From the sequence record KX397371.1: a stretch of DNA of 64,000 nt. One strand, given 5' to 3'. Position 1 is the stretch's first letter. Each line of letters begins with the position of its first letter. Below the pieces are notes generated by a model. That model did no database searches and had not been told where the DNA came from. It saw only the letters and a program-made list of their open reading frames with translations. A program made the position numbers and the translations under genes. Below, in pieces: positions 47,836-58,353 of the stretch.

Positions 47836-48711
47836 TTAGGCCAGCTGGTTCGCTTTCTGTTCTTCGGAAACAGAGTTGAAACCACCCGCTGTCGCTTGGA
47901 CATCCGGGTTGATACCATCGTACTGCTGAGACGGAGTCAGCCACAGCTTACGCGTCATAGGACGCAGGCCGTAGAGCTTCATACGTTCCAGTTCAGACTG
48001 AGCGGCCTGCATCGGACCCCAACCCGTCCATTGCTGGCTGGTGAAGGTGATGGACAGTTCGTTCGTCTGAGGACCGGCGTTCGGATCACGCTCACCGGTA
48101 TCCTGACCCGCAGTTTCAGGAATCATGTTGGTCAACCACCAAGCGTTCTGCGCTTTACGCTGATACGCATCCGGCTCAATGTACAGCACAGTGAGGCTAT
48201 ACATATCCGGCAGGTGGTCTGGCACGTTCGGGTTGATTGCCACAATACCCGGATGGCCGGTTTGTGGGTCACAGATCCCGTAGACCAGCCACGCGGCCAG
48301 CATGTTCTGGAACACTTTACCGTACTTATCAGGACTGGTGTGGGTCACAGAGGACTGTGCTTCCGTTACCAGACCGGCTTCGTACTGAATACGGTTGTTA
48401 CGACCCTGTTGGGTCTGAACCGCTTCGTGGCTCAGTGTTTTATCCAGACCGGTGATGGTGGTGTGGACTTCGATGAAGGACTTAATAGCCTGACGCCACA
48501 GGGACGGGTTAGGCATGTAGTCCACCCAGCGCGGGAATTCCATGACGCGCGCGATAACGTTACGACGCAGGCGGTGGGCGTTCGTGACGAACTTACCGAC
48601 CTGTCCGACCGGGCCGTTCTGGCCCGATGCGAATGGGTTAACCATGTCGTAAGTACCACCGTCAAAGTGGAACCCCTGGTTGGGTTGAATCAAACGATCT
48701 TTGATAGCCAT
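47836..48711 (-). CDS. Tail tube protein (phiKZ gp30-like)
   Basis: 291 aa directly downstream of the sheath; LYIEPD…AQNAWWLTNM.P…GE…ELSITF resembles tube-family sequence. Confidence 0.75.
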   Translation of the reverse strand: MAIKDRLIQPNQGFHFDGGTYDMVNPFASGQNGPVGQVGKFVTNAHRLRRNVIARVMEFPRWVDYMPNPSLWRQAIKSFIEVHTTITGLDKTLSHEAVQTQQGRNNRIQYEAGLVTEAQSSVTHTSPDKYGKVFQNMLAAWLVYGICDPQTGHPGIVAINPNVPDHLPDMYSLTVLYIEPDAYQRKAQNAWWLTNMIPETAGQDTGERDPNAGPQTNELSITFTSQQWTGWGPMQAAQSELERMKLYGLRPMTRKLWLTPSQQYDGINPDVQATAGGFNSVSEEQKANQLA

Positions 48712-48714
48712 TTA

Positions 48715-50757
48715 TCAGCTCTCCCGACGGTAGACTTTGATAGTGGTGTTGACCTGAGTCAGCAGCACGCCACCGTAAGCAAGCAGATCCAGCGTTACAG
48801 AGTAACCGTTCGATTTGTCTTCTGCGGTGAAGTACGCTTTCGGTACAATATCCGCGATACCGTCCAGACGACCTTCCAGCGCTTCGATAATCTTATCTTC
48901 CAGCATCTTCGCGCGTTCCGCATCAGTCATGCGGTCTTCACCCGACATTGCCGCCCACACACGGTCAGAGACACGGTAGACGTAAGCCATGATGAAGTTG
49001 AACATCGCGTTGTTCAGGACAGATCGTTCTTCGTTGTAGATGGACTGAATCGCCGGGATGAAGTCACGGTAGTAGTCGTAGCTACGCGCAGTGATCAGGG
49101 ACACGTCCCAGTCAGAAGCGTACACGTCCATACCTTTCCACGGCATACTCAGGTCAGTCAGGTCGGTGATAATGGTGAGTTCGCCACGACCGAAACGTTT
49201 CTCCGGTTTAGCAAAACCATTGCCTGCACCCAGATATTGCGAGAACATGTTCGCCAGGGTGTAGTTCATCGGCACCGGCTTCTTGTAAGAGGAGCCGCGG
49301 ATGAATGCAGATTGACCGGTGACCATACCACGCGATGCTGGGGTACCGTATTTCACGGACTCCGGCACGGAGGTGATCATCTCAATCAGGGCCACCTTCG
49401 CACTCTCCTCCGTTTGGAGGTCGTTGCGGCCTTCGTTATAAACGTGGGTCGCCAGAGTGAGGAAGGTATTGCGTGACTTACCGATAAAGTTCACACAAGC
49501 CGATTTGGTGTCGAAGCTGAAACCGGAGTCCCAGAAACAACCCAGTGAGTATTTCAGTTCGTTGTCGTAACGAACTTGGCCACGGTCTGGGAACAGCAGC
49601 ATTTCGCGACGAACGAGTTCATCGAATGCATCGTTACCCATGGTGCCATCGGAGCCGCCTTGCAGGAAGTGAATGTTGCTGCTGCCGAAGACCGCTTTAC
49701 CGGTTTCCGTTGCAGGGTTCACTTGCAGCCCGTCGTACGGCTGGCCAATCAGATCCAGACCACCGAAGATATCGATGAGATATTTGTCGGTAGGTGCGTT
49801 GATCATGTTACCCGCAGCCAGGTCGAGCACGGCTTCAAGTTGGTCATGATAAACGTGGAACGTTTTGAACGGGCCGTAGTTTGGCAGCTCGCCAACATCC
49901 GGGCTAACCTTACGGTAAGCATCGGCAACAACCACTTCGAAGTCCAGCTGCGTTCTCATCGGCTGATAGTATGCGTCAGGTAAGAAACTAAAGTTCACAC
50001 TTGACATACTGTTCAGGGTCTTCCAGATTACCGCAGACGAGACACCCGCCAGAGTTTCAAACCACTGGAGGTTGTAAACACGTCCACCGACTTTCGTCTG
50101 GTAGGCCGAACCCAGTGCCGGTGAGGATTTCTCGCTCAACGGTACCAGTTTGAAACCGAAGCCGTTCGCATCAGCACCCGCGTAAGGCGCTTCAATATCG
50201 AACAGTGGGTACATCTTCGACTTCGCGCCGCCTTCACCGGTCAGTGTACCGTCGATAGGTACCGCAGCGCCGATGGCCGGACTGTTGCTGTCAATAACCA
50301 CGCTGCGCAGTACGATGAGCAGGCCATCAACCTGTGTCTCGATCTTCGCTTTACCGGTGTTATCGTACTGCACGGTACCGCCAGCATCACGCACATACTT
50401 CGGCACTTTCGTGGCGAGTACGTCAGCGTAGAAGCGGATGGACGCCGTTTTCGCGTCATCAGGGATAAGGCGCTGATACATCCCCTCGTTGGCGTTGGCA
50501 TTGAACATCGCCTGGTACGGTGTGTTGAACGTCGCGTATGGGCCGCGGAGATCGAAGATGCCTCGGCCCATTAAGTCGAGGGCGTTGTCGCCACTCAACG
50601 GGAACGCTTCGTCACCAACGCCGCGTGCGCCAAAGGTGAAGATCAGCGGCTTATGAATCGGGTCACCCGTAGGTGCCCTCACAAGGGCGGGTACGGAATT
50701 ATCTTCCATCCCTTCCTTGTAGTTCACGGGCGCGCCGTTACGTGGAATATAGCTCAT
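48715..50757 (-). CDS. Tail sheath protein (phiKZ gp29-like)
   Basis: 680 aa; FLQGGSDG, WDSGF, C-terminal YFTAED..NGYSVTL; GGAG RBS. Confidence 0.85.
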   Translation of the reverse strand: MSYIPRNGAPVNYKEGMEDNSVPALVRAPTGDPIHKPLIFTFGARGVGDEAFPLSGDNALDLMGRGIFDLRGPYATFNTPYQAMFNANANEGMYQRLIPDDAKTASIRFYADVLATKVPKYVRDAGGTVQYDNTGKAKIETQVDGLLIVLRSVVIDSNSPAIGAAVPIDGTLTGEGGAKSKMYPLFDIEAPYAGADANGFGFKLVPLSEKSSPALGSAYQTKVGGRVYNLQWFETLAGVSSAVIWKTLNSMSSVNFSFLPDAYYQPMRTQLDFEVVVADAYRKVSPDVGELPNYGPFKTFHVYHDQLEAVLDLAAGNMINAPTDKYLIDIFGGLDLIGQPYDGLQVNPATETGKAVFGSSNIHFLQGGSDGTMGNDAFDELVRREMLLFPDRGQVRYDNELKYSLGCFWDSGFSFDTKSACVNFIGKSRNTFLTLATHVYNEGRNDLQTEESAKVALIEMITSVPESVKYGTPASRGMVTGQSAFIRGSSYKKPVPMNYTLANMFSQYLGAGNGFAKPEKRFGRGELTIITDLTDLSMPWKGMDVYASDWDVSLITARSYDYYRDFIPAIQSIYNEERSVLNNAMFNFIMAYVYRVSDRVWAAMSGEDRMTDAERAKMLEDKIIEALEGRLDGIADIVPKAYFTAEDKSNGYSVTLDLLAYGGVLLTQVNTTIKVYRRES

Positions 50758-50796
50758 GGAACATCTCCATAAATTCGTCTTTTAAGACCAAACGGT

Positions 50797-50805
50797 CATA
50801 CTAAG
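50797..50805 (-). promoter_or_regulatory. Late promoter candidate CTTAGTATG
   Basis: The same 9-mer occurs at 9355-9363 (minus); both lie upstream of minus-strand structural genes. Confidence 0.5.
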
Positions 50806-50815
50806 GTATCAACTC

Positions 50816-51724
50816 ATGGCACTTGAAAACGCTTACACAGGCAACGTCTTCCGTAGCTTTGACCTGAATTCACTCGCAGCCAGTATTGAACTGGCACGTA
50901 AACTCAACCAAACAGTCGCTCAATCTGACGAGGTTCACTACGTTGTTGAGACAGCCGATGTAAAATCGTTTCCTTTACCGATTGTTATCGGCGACGACGT
51001 GTATGTAGATGCACGCACGTTTACCTCATTGGACAGAAACAATGAGCTAAAAATTCGAAACCCAATCGAACACGCATTGCGTCTCGATCAGGCTCGTTGG
51101 GAATTAGTGTGGAAACGAAACAATAGTCGGCTCGGTGCTTTGATGGCACAGCTTCCATACCACCATGAGATTTATAGCAAGTGGGTAGGCGATGCGATTA
51201 CACATGCGTACGCACTCACTCCATATCAAAGCGGGCAAATCCGCGCAGCGGCCGCTTTGTTCTCTGTGGGTCAGTTCTACAACAACTTCGAAGACGAGAT
51301 GAAGATGTTGCGTTTGCAGCAGGAATTGTCCCGTCAGCTGGGTACGCCGTTTGAGATGTTCGAGGCCATTACCGGCCACACCGACTACCTCTTCCCGCGT
51401 AATGTCGAAGAGTTTGTTGAGATGGTGAAGCTTGCCGACATCACCCCACGCCTAAACGACTTTAGCGTGCTGGCATTACAGCAGATGCTGAACACCAGTT
51501 TCTTCGGGGTTAGCTATGAGAAGCAATTGTGTACCAGTGCGCTGGAATACCCGCCTTCTCTGTTGGTCATGATCCGTGCTTCACTGGAGAACAACATGTT
51601 CAACCGTTCTCGTCTGGGTGGCACGATTAAGAAGTCCGACACCGCGAAGAAGAAAGACAAGTTCTTGTTCACGTACGAACTCATCATGAACCAGAACACC
51701 AAACCCACTAACATCAAAGGTTAA
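50816..51724 (+). CDS. Virion structural protein (phiKZ gp28-like)
   Basis: 302 aa, first of three conserved genes between sheath and terminase. Confidence 0.65.
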   Translation: MALENAYTGNVFRSFDLNSLAASIELARKLNQTVAQSDEVHYVVETADVKSFPLPIVIGDDVYVDARTFTSLDRNNELKIRNPIEHALRLDQARWELVWKRNNSRLGALMAQLPYHHEIYSKWVGDAITHAYALTPYQSGQIRAAAALFSVGQFYNNFEDEMKMLRLQQELSRQLGTPFEMFEAITGHTDYLFPRNVEEFVEMVKLADITPRLNDFSVLALQQMLNTSFFGVSYEKQLCTSALEYPPSLLVMIRASLENNMFNRSRLGGTIKKSDTAKKKDKFLFTYELIMNQNTKPTNIKG

Positions 51725-51735
51725 GAGGTTCCATT

Positions 51736-54261
51736 ATGGAGAACTGGCTGGTCGCCCACGCGGTTGACAACGCTTGGCAGCGTCCGAACCTTGATCGGGC
51801 ACTGATTATTGAACCGTATCGTATCACGCCAAAAACCGGCGCGACCGGCTTTGTCCGTAACGGGCCTGTGTCTGTATCTTTACCCGACGCAGGTTGGTGG
51901 CACGCATACGTGGTGGATAAACTCCACATGAACTGGGGGAACCTCAATATTCCCCCGAACCGTTGGAAGCGGGTATCGGCCTGTGTGAATGCGTTCAGTA
52001 CCTTCATGCAGCTGTACAACGAGAATGGGAAAACGTTCCCAGTGACGAATGCGTTTGTCATGCGTCGTGATACCGGGGAAATCCTGTTAGCGATTCCGCA
52101 GACCGACCGTTACAGCTGGCTGGATACCGACGACATTTACTGGCGTATCTTCCCCGGCTACACCGGTACGGTGGTGGCGAAGCAAGTACACCCGACATTT
52201 GTCGAGTTCTTTGAAACGCCCAACGCCAACAAAATCAAAGATGCAATAGACCGCTACAATTCACTGGTCGGTCAGAACAACGGCTATGTGAGTTTCTGGG
52301 TCAACGGCTCGCTGATTATCAACCCGACCCCGGCGGACATTTCGACGTGGGACGATGTTGAGATTGTGGTGGATGGGCGTGGGATTCGCGTGGTGGATTT
52401 CCGTTGTGGGGATTTACCGACGTTCCAGTCGTCGTTGGATGGGAAACGTAAATACCTGCTCCACTTCCCGAAAACCGCGGACATGGTGTGGATTTTCAAC
52501 AACGACGTTGAGATTCAAATCCTGAACGGACGCGAGGGTCGTTACTACCACCGTCATCGCCACCTGGCCATTCGTCAGGTGACGTTCAACGACATCAGCA
52601 TTCCAACAGAACGACTGAGCCAATTGCGTAACGCCTTCAGCAAACCAATTACCGATTTGGATGACGTGGTTATCCGTGTGGTTATCCGTGAAGACTACCT
52701 TGCAATGGCACCGCTGTTCAACGCCAGTCACATCCACGACCTGTATAAGATGCCTGACAGTGACATCATTGCAGCGATGGTTGGGGCTAACGCTACCGTG
52801 CCTGAGTGGACAGCGAAGGTGTTGGAAAATGCCGCCTTTAATAAAGTGGCCGCGGCGAAGATGTCAAACATCACTCGCGATTTGGCCACGGAGGCTTACG
52901 GGTATAATGCGGTAACGCGTTACGCCGCTGACACGCCACAGAAATTGATGTTGGATAACGGAAAATGGACAGCAACACTGCCTGATCTGTTAGCGTCACG
53001 ATCGGTGGTTTACGAATACGACTCGACTGGAAAGCTACTCGGTTGCTACCCGAACCGTAACGCAGCAGTCTACACGGCGAAGAACGCCACTGCACGTTAC
53101 ATCGAAGGGATTGCAGGTGACGTTGATACGGCGATGAACATCATGGACAACGCGCCCGATTTCTCCATCGCTGAAGGGGAGAACGTTGCGCTGTGGATTC
53201 GTAAGGTAGTCAGTGGTGTCGGCACCAACGAATACACCGAAGCGGTAGAAGGGACAGACTACAAGCGGGAGGGTAACGCCATCCGGTGGAACGTTGACCG
53301 CACACGCCGTTGGCCAACCGTCGTTCGTGATGACCGTCACCTGTTCTTCAGTCAGACCGTAAATGTCAAAGAAGGGCAATTACGTATCCCGATTCTGGGG
53401 CGTTCAAACAGCGAACCGATTCGTACGTTGTGGACGCCAATGGAAACCGTGGAGGTCTGGTTAAACAAACACCCATTGGTCTTTGGGATTGACTACGTCG
53501 TTATCTGGCCAGAGATTGTCATTGTGTGTAAGGTCTGGGCCAGTGACGCTGACGAGAACGTGGTGGATGTCCGTGCCCGTGGCGTAACCGGTAAACTGCA
53601 TGTGCCGAAGTCCGGGTTTGTTTCCAGCGGATTACTGTCTAACAACAGTCACTTCGATGTGCGTGACGACAAGGTCATTCGTATTGTTGCCGGGGGGCGT
53701 ATCCTGACCCGCAATGAGGTGGTCTTCCGTGAAGACAACACGGTGGGTACCGATGTAGTGCCGGACGGTTTCCCCTTCTCAGTGGACGACCCGACGGTGC
53801 CACTACGGGCACTCATCACCGGGGACACGTATGCGTTACGCGATGCATCACGCGACATCGATGCGCGTACCGAGGATTATCTGTCGGCTTGGTATCCAAC
53901 CCCGCCACCGGTCAATCCGGTACCGTTGAAAAGCTGGTATCATCTCTACAGCCCACTGTTGAACAAAGTGCTGTGGGATTACAAGCAAGGGTACCTCCAT
54001 TTGGTAGAAGACGATCCTGAATACCGGATTTCGACTTCACAGCTGGACATCGTCATGGAGGGTTATCTTGACCTGCTGAACTTTGACCCGGCATTCATTG
54101 GCTATGATAAAGCCTTTGTGCGTGTGCATCCGCATTCGCAATACCAGGTTGTAGAGGTTGATGAATTGGGCTTTGCTTTCATGGACCGTGTGAATCAGCG
54201 GTATCTGAAAGGTGAGGTGCAACTTAACCAGTATCTGAAAATCAAAGGTTCTAAAGCATGA
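51736..54261 (+). CDS. Virion structural protein (phiKZ gp27-like, baseplate-region)
   Basis: 841 aa, GAGG RBS, synteny. Confidence 0.7.
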   Translation: MENWLVAHAVDNAWQRPNLDRALIIEPYRITPKTGATGFVRNGPVSVSLPDAGWWHAYVVDKLHMNWGNLNIPPNRWKRVSACVNAFSTFMQLYNENGKTFPVTNAFVMRRDTGEILLAIPQTDRYSWLDTDDIYWRIFPGYTGTVVAKQVHPTFVEFFETPNANKIKDAIDRYNSLVGQNNGYVSFWVNGSLIINPTPADISTWDDVEIVVDGRGIRVVDFRCGDLPTFQSSLDGKRKYLLHFPKTADMVWIFNNDVEIQILNGREGRYYHRHRHLAIRQVTFNDISIPTERLSQLRNAFSKPITDLDDVVIRVVIREDYLAMAPLFNASHIHDLYKMPDSDIIAAMVGANATVPEWTAKVLENAAFNKVAAAKMSNITRDLATEAYGYNAVTRYAADTPQKLMLDNGKWTATLPDLLASRSVVYEYDSTGKLLGCYPNRNAAVYTAKNATARYIEGIAGDVDTAMNIMDNAPDFSIAEGENVALWIRKVVSGVGTNEYTEAVEGTDYKREGNAIRWNVDRTRRWPTVVRDDRHLFFSQTVNVKEGQLRIPILGRSNSEPIRTLWTPMETVEVWLNKHPLVFGIDYVVIWPEIVIVCKVWASDADENVVDVRARGVTGKLHVPKSGFVSSGLLSNNSHFDVRDDKVIRIVAGGRILTRNEVVFREDNTVGTDVVPDGFPFSVDDPTVPLRALITGDTYALRDASRDIDARTEDYLSAWYPTPPPVNPVPLKSWYHLYSPLLNKVLWDYKQGYLHLVEDDPEYRISTSQLDIVMEGYLDLLNFDPAFIGYDKAFVRVHPHSQYQVVEVDELGFAFMDRVNQRYLKGEVQLNQYLKIKGSKA

Positions 54262-55898
54262 CCACTTTATTGACTGATCTTATCGACAGAGACCGCGGCT
54301 TTCGCGTCTGGGGGGAAGGTGACCTCTATGACGAGAAGAAAGGCACCGGCTTTGTCCCCAATCCAAAAGACTGGATTGTGCACGACAACAACATTGTTGA
54401 GCGTGTCTTAACGGTGAACTACGCGACCCCGTCATGGACGGTGGAAGTGATAAACGCCATTCCGGTGAAGAACACGGACAAGATTAACGGGGGCCACTAC
54501 CCGCTGCGTTCGGACAAATACCGTGTTTATTTCGACACCACGAAAAACCCAGCGACAATGGTGGTGGATAACAACATCACCTTCAACGGGCCGGACGTCG
54601 ATGGGATTCGTATCTTCCGCGGGACGGACATTTCGGACAACGGGGAAATTCTGTCAGGCTTCTACAAAAACGGACGCCTTGACAAGAACTACCTGCCGAT
54701 GCAGACCATCTCCAAAGACGGTGTCGAGACCGTTGTTAAATCGCCACTGCCGGGCAGCCTTTTAGCACCGGTGGAACACGGTGAGCAGTTCAGCTACGTC
54801 GTCTATGCCGATTCCGGAGACATTATCGAAATCGGTACCGGGTACTTTATCAAAACCAACCTCGTCATGCCGCAAGACACGGCGAGTCGTCAGATTCTGG
54901 ACATCAAACTGGTGTCGCCGTTCATCGTGGATGACAATGGTACCGTATTGACGCTACCCATTAACATTCCGCTGGATTCTATCCCGCTGTCGGTTGTGGT
55001 GAAATACTCCGACGGTGAGAAGAAGATGAACATCGACGGTTCCCGTGTCATTCTGAATGGGATTCGTAATGCCGGTTCCCATGATACGTATTACCTCTCC
55101 ACCAACGCCGGTAACGAGCTGCCCCTGACGCTCAGCTACCTGATGGCCAAAGGGGAAACGTACTTTGGGGAAAACCTCATCAACGGGACAATCTTCAAAG
55201 ATTATACCGCGGTGACGGAAACGGTGGACGGGGCGTACTCGATGAAACTGTTTGTGGTGCCGAAATGGCTGAATGCCAACCAAGGTTACCGCCTCCAGTA
55301 TTACCTGTACAACCTGACCCGTGGACAGGTTTACGACGCCACAGCAGCGTGCACGTTGACTGGCGGACAAGCGTTTGACCCGATGCTGTTCGGTGTCAAG
55401 CAGCGTCTGAATGTCCAGTGTGACATTTCCAAAGTGGATGCGAAGTTCCGTGCGTTTATTCAGGCACAATCCTTCTCCATCACGCTGGTCAATCCGGGTA
55501 CCGAACTGAACACCAACTACTTCCTCGAATATCTGCCTGATGGGCTGAAATACGGTGAAGGCATTTGGGCCACGTTCAAATACTCGAACGTCAACTACTC
55601 GGAAATCGATGTGCGTTGTGGTAAAGCGACAAAAGCCGAATGGCTGGCCGCGCTCTACGACCCATCCTACCCGCTGTACGACCGCCGTAACGAATCCGGC
55701 CCGCTGGAGCCGACCCACTTCGAAATCCACGTCGGTGGACAAGTGGTGACAGCATCAGTAGATGACTGGATGAGTGTCAAGGTTGTGAACTACAAAGTGG
55801 CGCTTGACGATACGCTGGTGATTCGCTGGTTACGCCGTACACCAACGGACACCCTGCAACTCGCTTGCTCCCCGATGTTGGCACACAACATCAGCTAA
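54258..55898 (+). CDS. Virion structural protein (phiKZ gp26-like)
   Basis: 546 aa, coupled, synteny. Confidence 0.7.
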   Translation: MTTLLTDLIDRDRGFRVWGEGDLYDEKKGTGFVPNPKDWIVHDNNIVERVLTVNYATPSWTVEVINAIPVKNTDKINGGHYPLRSDKYRVYFDTTKNPATMVVDNNITFNGPDVDGIRIFRGTDISDNGEILSGFYKNGRLDKNYLPMQTISKDGVETVVKSPLPGSLLAPVEHGEQFSYVVYADSGDIIEIGTGYFIKTNLVMPQDTASRQILDIKLVSPFIVDDNGTVLTLPINIPLDSIPLSVVVKYSDGEKKMNIDGSRVILNGIRNAGSHDTYYLSTNAGNELPLTLSYLMAKGETYFGENLINGTIFKDYTAVTETVDGAYSMKLFVVPKWLNANQGYRLQYYLYNLTRGQVYDATAACTLTGGQAFDPMLFGVKQRLNVQCDISKVDAKFRAFIQAQSFSITLVNPGTELNTNYFLEYLPDGLKYGEGIWATFKYSNVNYSEIDVRCGKATKAEWLAALYDPSYPLYDRRNESGPLEPTHFEIHVGGQVVTASVDDWMSVKVVNYKVALDDTLVIRWLRRTPTDTLQLACSPMLAHNIS

Positions 55899-55940
55899 CA
55901 CCTTCCTCCTCCCCGGTTGGGGAGGAGGCTAGGAGGAACC

Positions 55941-58052
55941 ATGATATTACGTGAACGTGATTGGGGTTTCTATCCGGGCGCTTTAGCGGATGACACCACC
56001 AAGAACAAACACTTTATGTATTTCGCTGACACCCTCAAAGGGCTCGGTGTAAAGCACTGGTATTTGCATCTTGCACTTCTCGACCCGGAACTGCAAGGTG
56101 TTGATCCGCACGACCCACACCTGACTGTTGAGCAACAGGCGCGTGTGATTGCAGAATGTGCACGTAACCCATGGTACTACATCCGTGAATGCCTGCGTGT
56201 TCCTGCGGATGGTACTGACGGTGTACCCTTTAAGATTGACCGCGGTAACTTTGCGATGTTTTGGATTTTCTTCAATAACATCGACGTGGCCATCGAGTTC
56301 CTTCGTCAGCACGGTAAGACCGTCGGGATGTGTTCGCTCCTGAGTTGGCTGCTGCGTTTCCTTGAGAAGTCGCGTACGATTCTGGTCACCAAAGGACCGG
56401 TACTGCGTGAGGAAACAATCACCAAACTGAAAGAGCTGCGCAACTGCCTGCCGAAATACCTGTGGCCTATCCACCCAGATGACCCTGACAACAAAGAAGC
56501 CTTTGCCTGTATGGCGCAGGGCAACAAACTGATTACTGCGATTGGTCAGAACGACGAACAATCTGCAAACGGTGTGGGCCGTGGTTTAACCGCCGGTCGT
56601 CTGTTCTCGGATGAGGGCCCCTTCACCAACAACATCCACATCATTCTTCCGGCCGCGCTGGCATCCGGTACGGCTGCCCGTAACATCAACGAAGAATCCG
56701 GTGTGCCTTACGGTAACGTGTTCGCAACAACGCCCGGCGATCTGGCCACCCCAGAAGGTCAGTACATGTACGAACTGATGACTTCGGGGATTAACTGGGA
56801 CGAGCGTTATATCGACATCCCAACCCGTCAGCAGTTGATTGACATGATTCGACACAACTCCACGTCGAAGATGCCACGTATCATGTTCTACGCGAAGTTC
56901 AACCACCGTCAACTGGGTACCTCTGATGCGAAACTCGCAGATATGATTGCGAACGCCACGGGTAGCCCAGACCAAATCCGCCGTGACTTCGGTGGTGAAT
57001 GGACTACCGGTGGTTTCAACAAACCGTTCTCCGGTGACGATGCTCGCCGTATGAACGGGTCGCGTATGCGTGCCACGTACAAGGACATCAGTCCAGCCAA
57101 CTACATCACCGATTGGTATTACGGTGAAATGGAAATGGCAACGAAACTCCATGACCGCCACATCATCGGTCTGGATACGTCGGAAGCGGTAGGTCGAGAT
57201 GCGATTGCCATGTCGATTGTCAACTCGGTGACCGCAGAGTACGCCGGGAAGATGACCGTGAACGAAACCAACGTCATTGGCTTTGCCATTCACTTGGCGG
57301 ACTTCATGGAGCGGTTCCCGAATACGGTACTTATCCTCGAACGTAAGTCGACCGGTTCATCGGTTGCAGATGCAATCATCCTTCAATTGCAGTCTCGCGT
57401 CCGTGACTTGCACCGTCGTCTGTATGTCAGGATAACGGACACCAACAGCCGTAACGACGATTTGTATAAGGAGTATGCTCGCGGGCCAGCAGGCGGAAAC
57501 GCTGAACGGTTCTGGGACAAATTCCGTAAGTACATCGGCTTCACTACGGATGGTGATAAACGTCGGAAATTATATGGTGAGGTCTTCACCATGGCTCTCC
57601 GTTTATCAGCCCACTTGTTACGCAGTGGTGAACTCATCGACCAAATCCTTGGTTTGGTGGAGCGCAGCGGACGTATTGACCACCAGAAATCCGGTCATGA
57701 TGACTTGGTCATTTCTTGGCTACTGGCAATGTGGCTGCTCTTGTTTGGTAAGAACCTGAATCACTACGGGATTACCAACAACCGACTAATGATTCGAAAT
57801 CGCAATATCCTTGTAGGTGGAGATGTTACTGGAGACGAGGACGCGATGGTTGAAGAGGAGGAGAAGCAACAGCAACTGATGGGTGAGATTGAAGAAGTGA
57901 TGAAGCAAAGTGTGGGCGTGACGTGTCCTGTACGCCAAATGACCTTGCGTAATCGCCTCCAGTCCCTCATCGCACAACTTAACACTGATATGCGCAACGT
58001 CGCATCGATGGAAAGCTTGAAAGAGCTTATCCAGCGCCAGAGGATGAAGTAA
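55941..58052 (+). CDS. terL: Terminase large subunit
   Basis: LRQHGKT (Walker A), FSDEG (Walker B), nuclease GLDTS…GRD and GHDDLV; AGGAGG RBS before ATG 55941. Confidence 0.9.
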   Translation: MILRERDWGFYPGALADDTTKNKHFMYFADTLKGLGVKHWYLHLALLDPELQGVDPHDPHLTVEQQARVIAECARNPWYYIRECLRVPADGTDGVPFKIDRGNFAMFWIFFNNIDVAIEFLRQHGKTVGMCSLLSWLLRFLEKSRTILVTKGPVLREETITKLKELRNCLPKYLWPIHPDDPDNKEAFACMAQGNKLITAIGQNDEQSANGVGRGLTAGRLFSDEGPFTNNIHIILPAALASGTAARNINEESGVPYGNVFATTPGDLATPEGQYMYELMTSGINWDERYIDIPTRQQLIDMIRHNSTSKMPRIMFYAKFNHRQLGTSDAKLADMIANATGSPDQIRRDFGGEWTTGGFNKPFSGDDARRMNGSRMRATYKDISPANYITDWYYGEMEMATKLHDRHIIGLDTSEAVGRDAIAMSIVNSVTAEYAGKMTVNETNVIGFAIHLADFMERFPNTVLILERKSTGSSVADAIILQLQSRVRDLHRRLYVRITDTNSRNDDLYKEYARGPAGGNAERFWDKFRKYIGFTTDGDKRRKLYGEVFTMALRLSAHLLRSGELIDQILGLVERSGRIDHQKSGHDDLVISWLLAMWLLLFGKNLNHYGITNNRLMIRNRNILVGGDVTGDEDAMVEEEEKQQQLMGEIEEVMKQSVGVTCPVRQMTLRNRLQSLIAQLNTDMRNVASMESLKELIQRQRMK

Positions 58053-58279
58053 TGACTCAACTCTTTTATTTAGCGGTAGCAATAGTTTGGATCGCCATGT
58101 TTGTGTCCATACACCACATTCACGGCGTTGTTAAACAACATGCCATTCAGAACAATCTCTCCACGATGGTCTTGCTTCGATCGCAAGCCTTTGCGATTAC
58201 CGGGATGATTGTGCTGGGTGCCATCGCGACATCAGGGATGCATTACGTTTATACGCTGCACCAACTCTCGGTTCTGTAA
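58052..58279 (+). CDS. Small two-TM membrane protein
   Basis: Two hydrophobic segments; TAATG-coupled to terL. Confidence 0.55.
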   Translation: MTQLFYLAVAIVWIAMFVSIHHIHGVVKQHAIQNNLSTMVLLRSQAFAITGMIVLGAIATSGMHYVYTLHQLSVL

Positions 58280-58297
58280 GTCCGTCTGCTGGCAAGA

Positions 58298-58353
58298 TAA
58301 AAAAGAATAGGCACCTACCCCCAAAAGGAGTAGGTGCCGTTCTTTTATTTTTT
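58298..58353. terminator. Bidirectional terminator
   Basis: GGCACCTAC…GTAGGTGCC hairpin flanked by A and T tracts between convergent genes. Confidence 0.7.

Noticed and set aside
47896-49476. 526-aa + strand ORF
   Set aside because: Antisense shadow of the tail tube/sheath genes, produced by their codon bias; no RBS and no protein-like motifs
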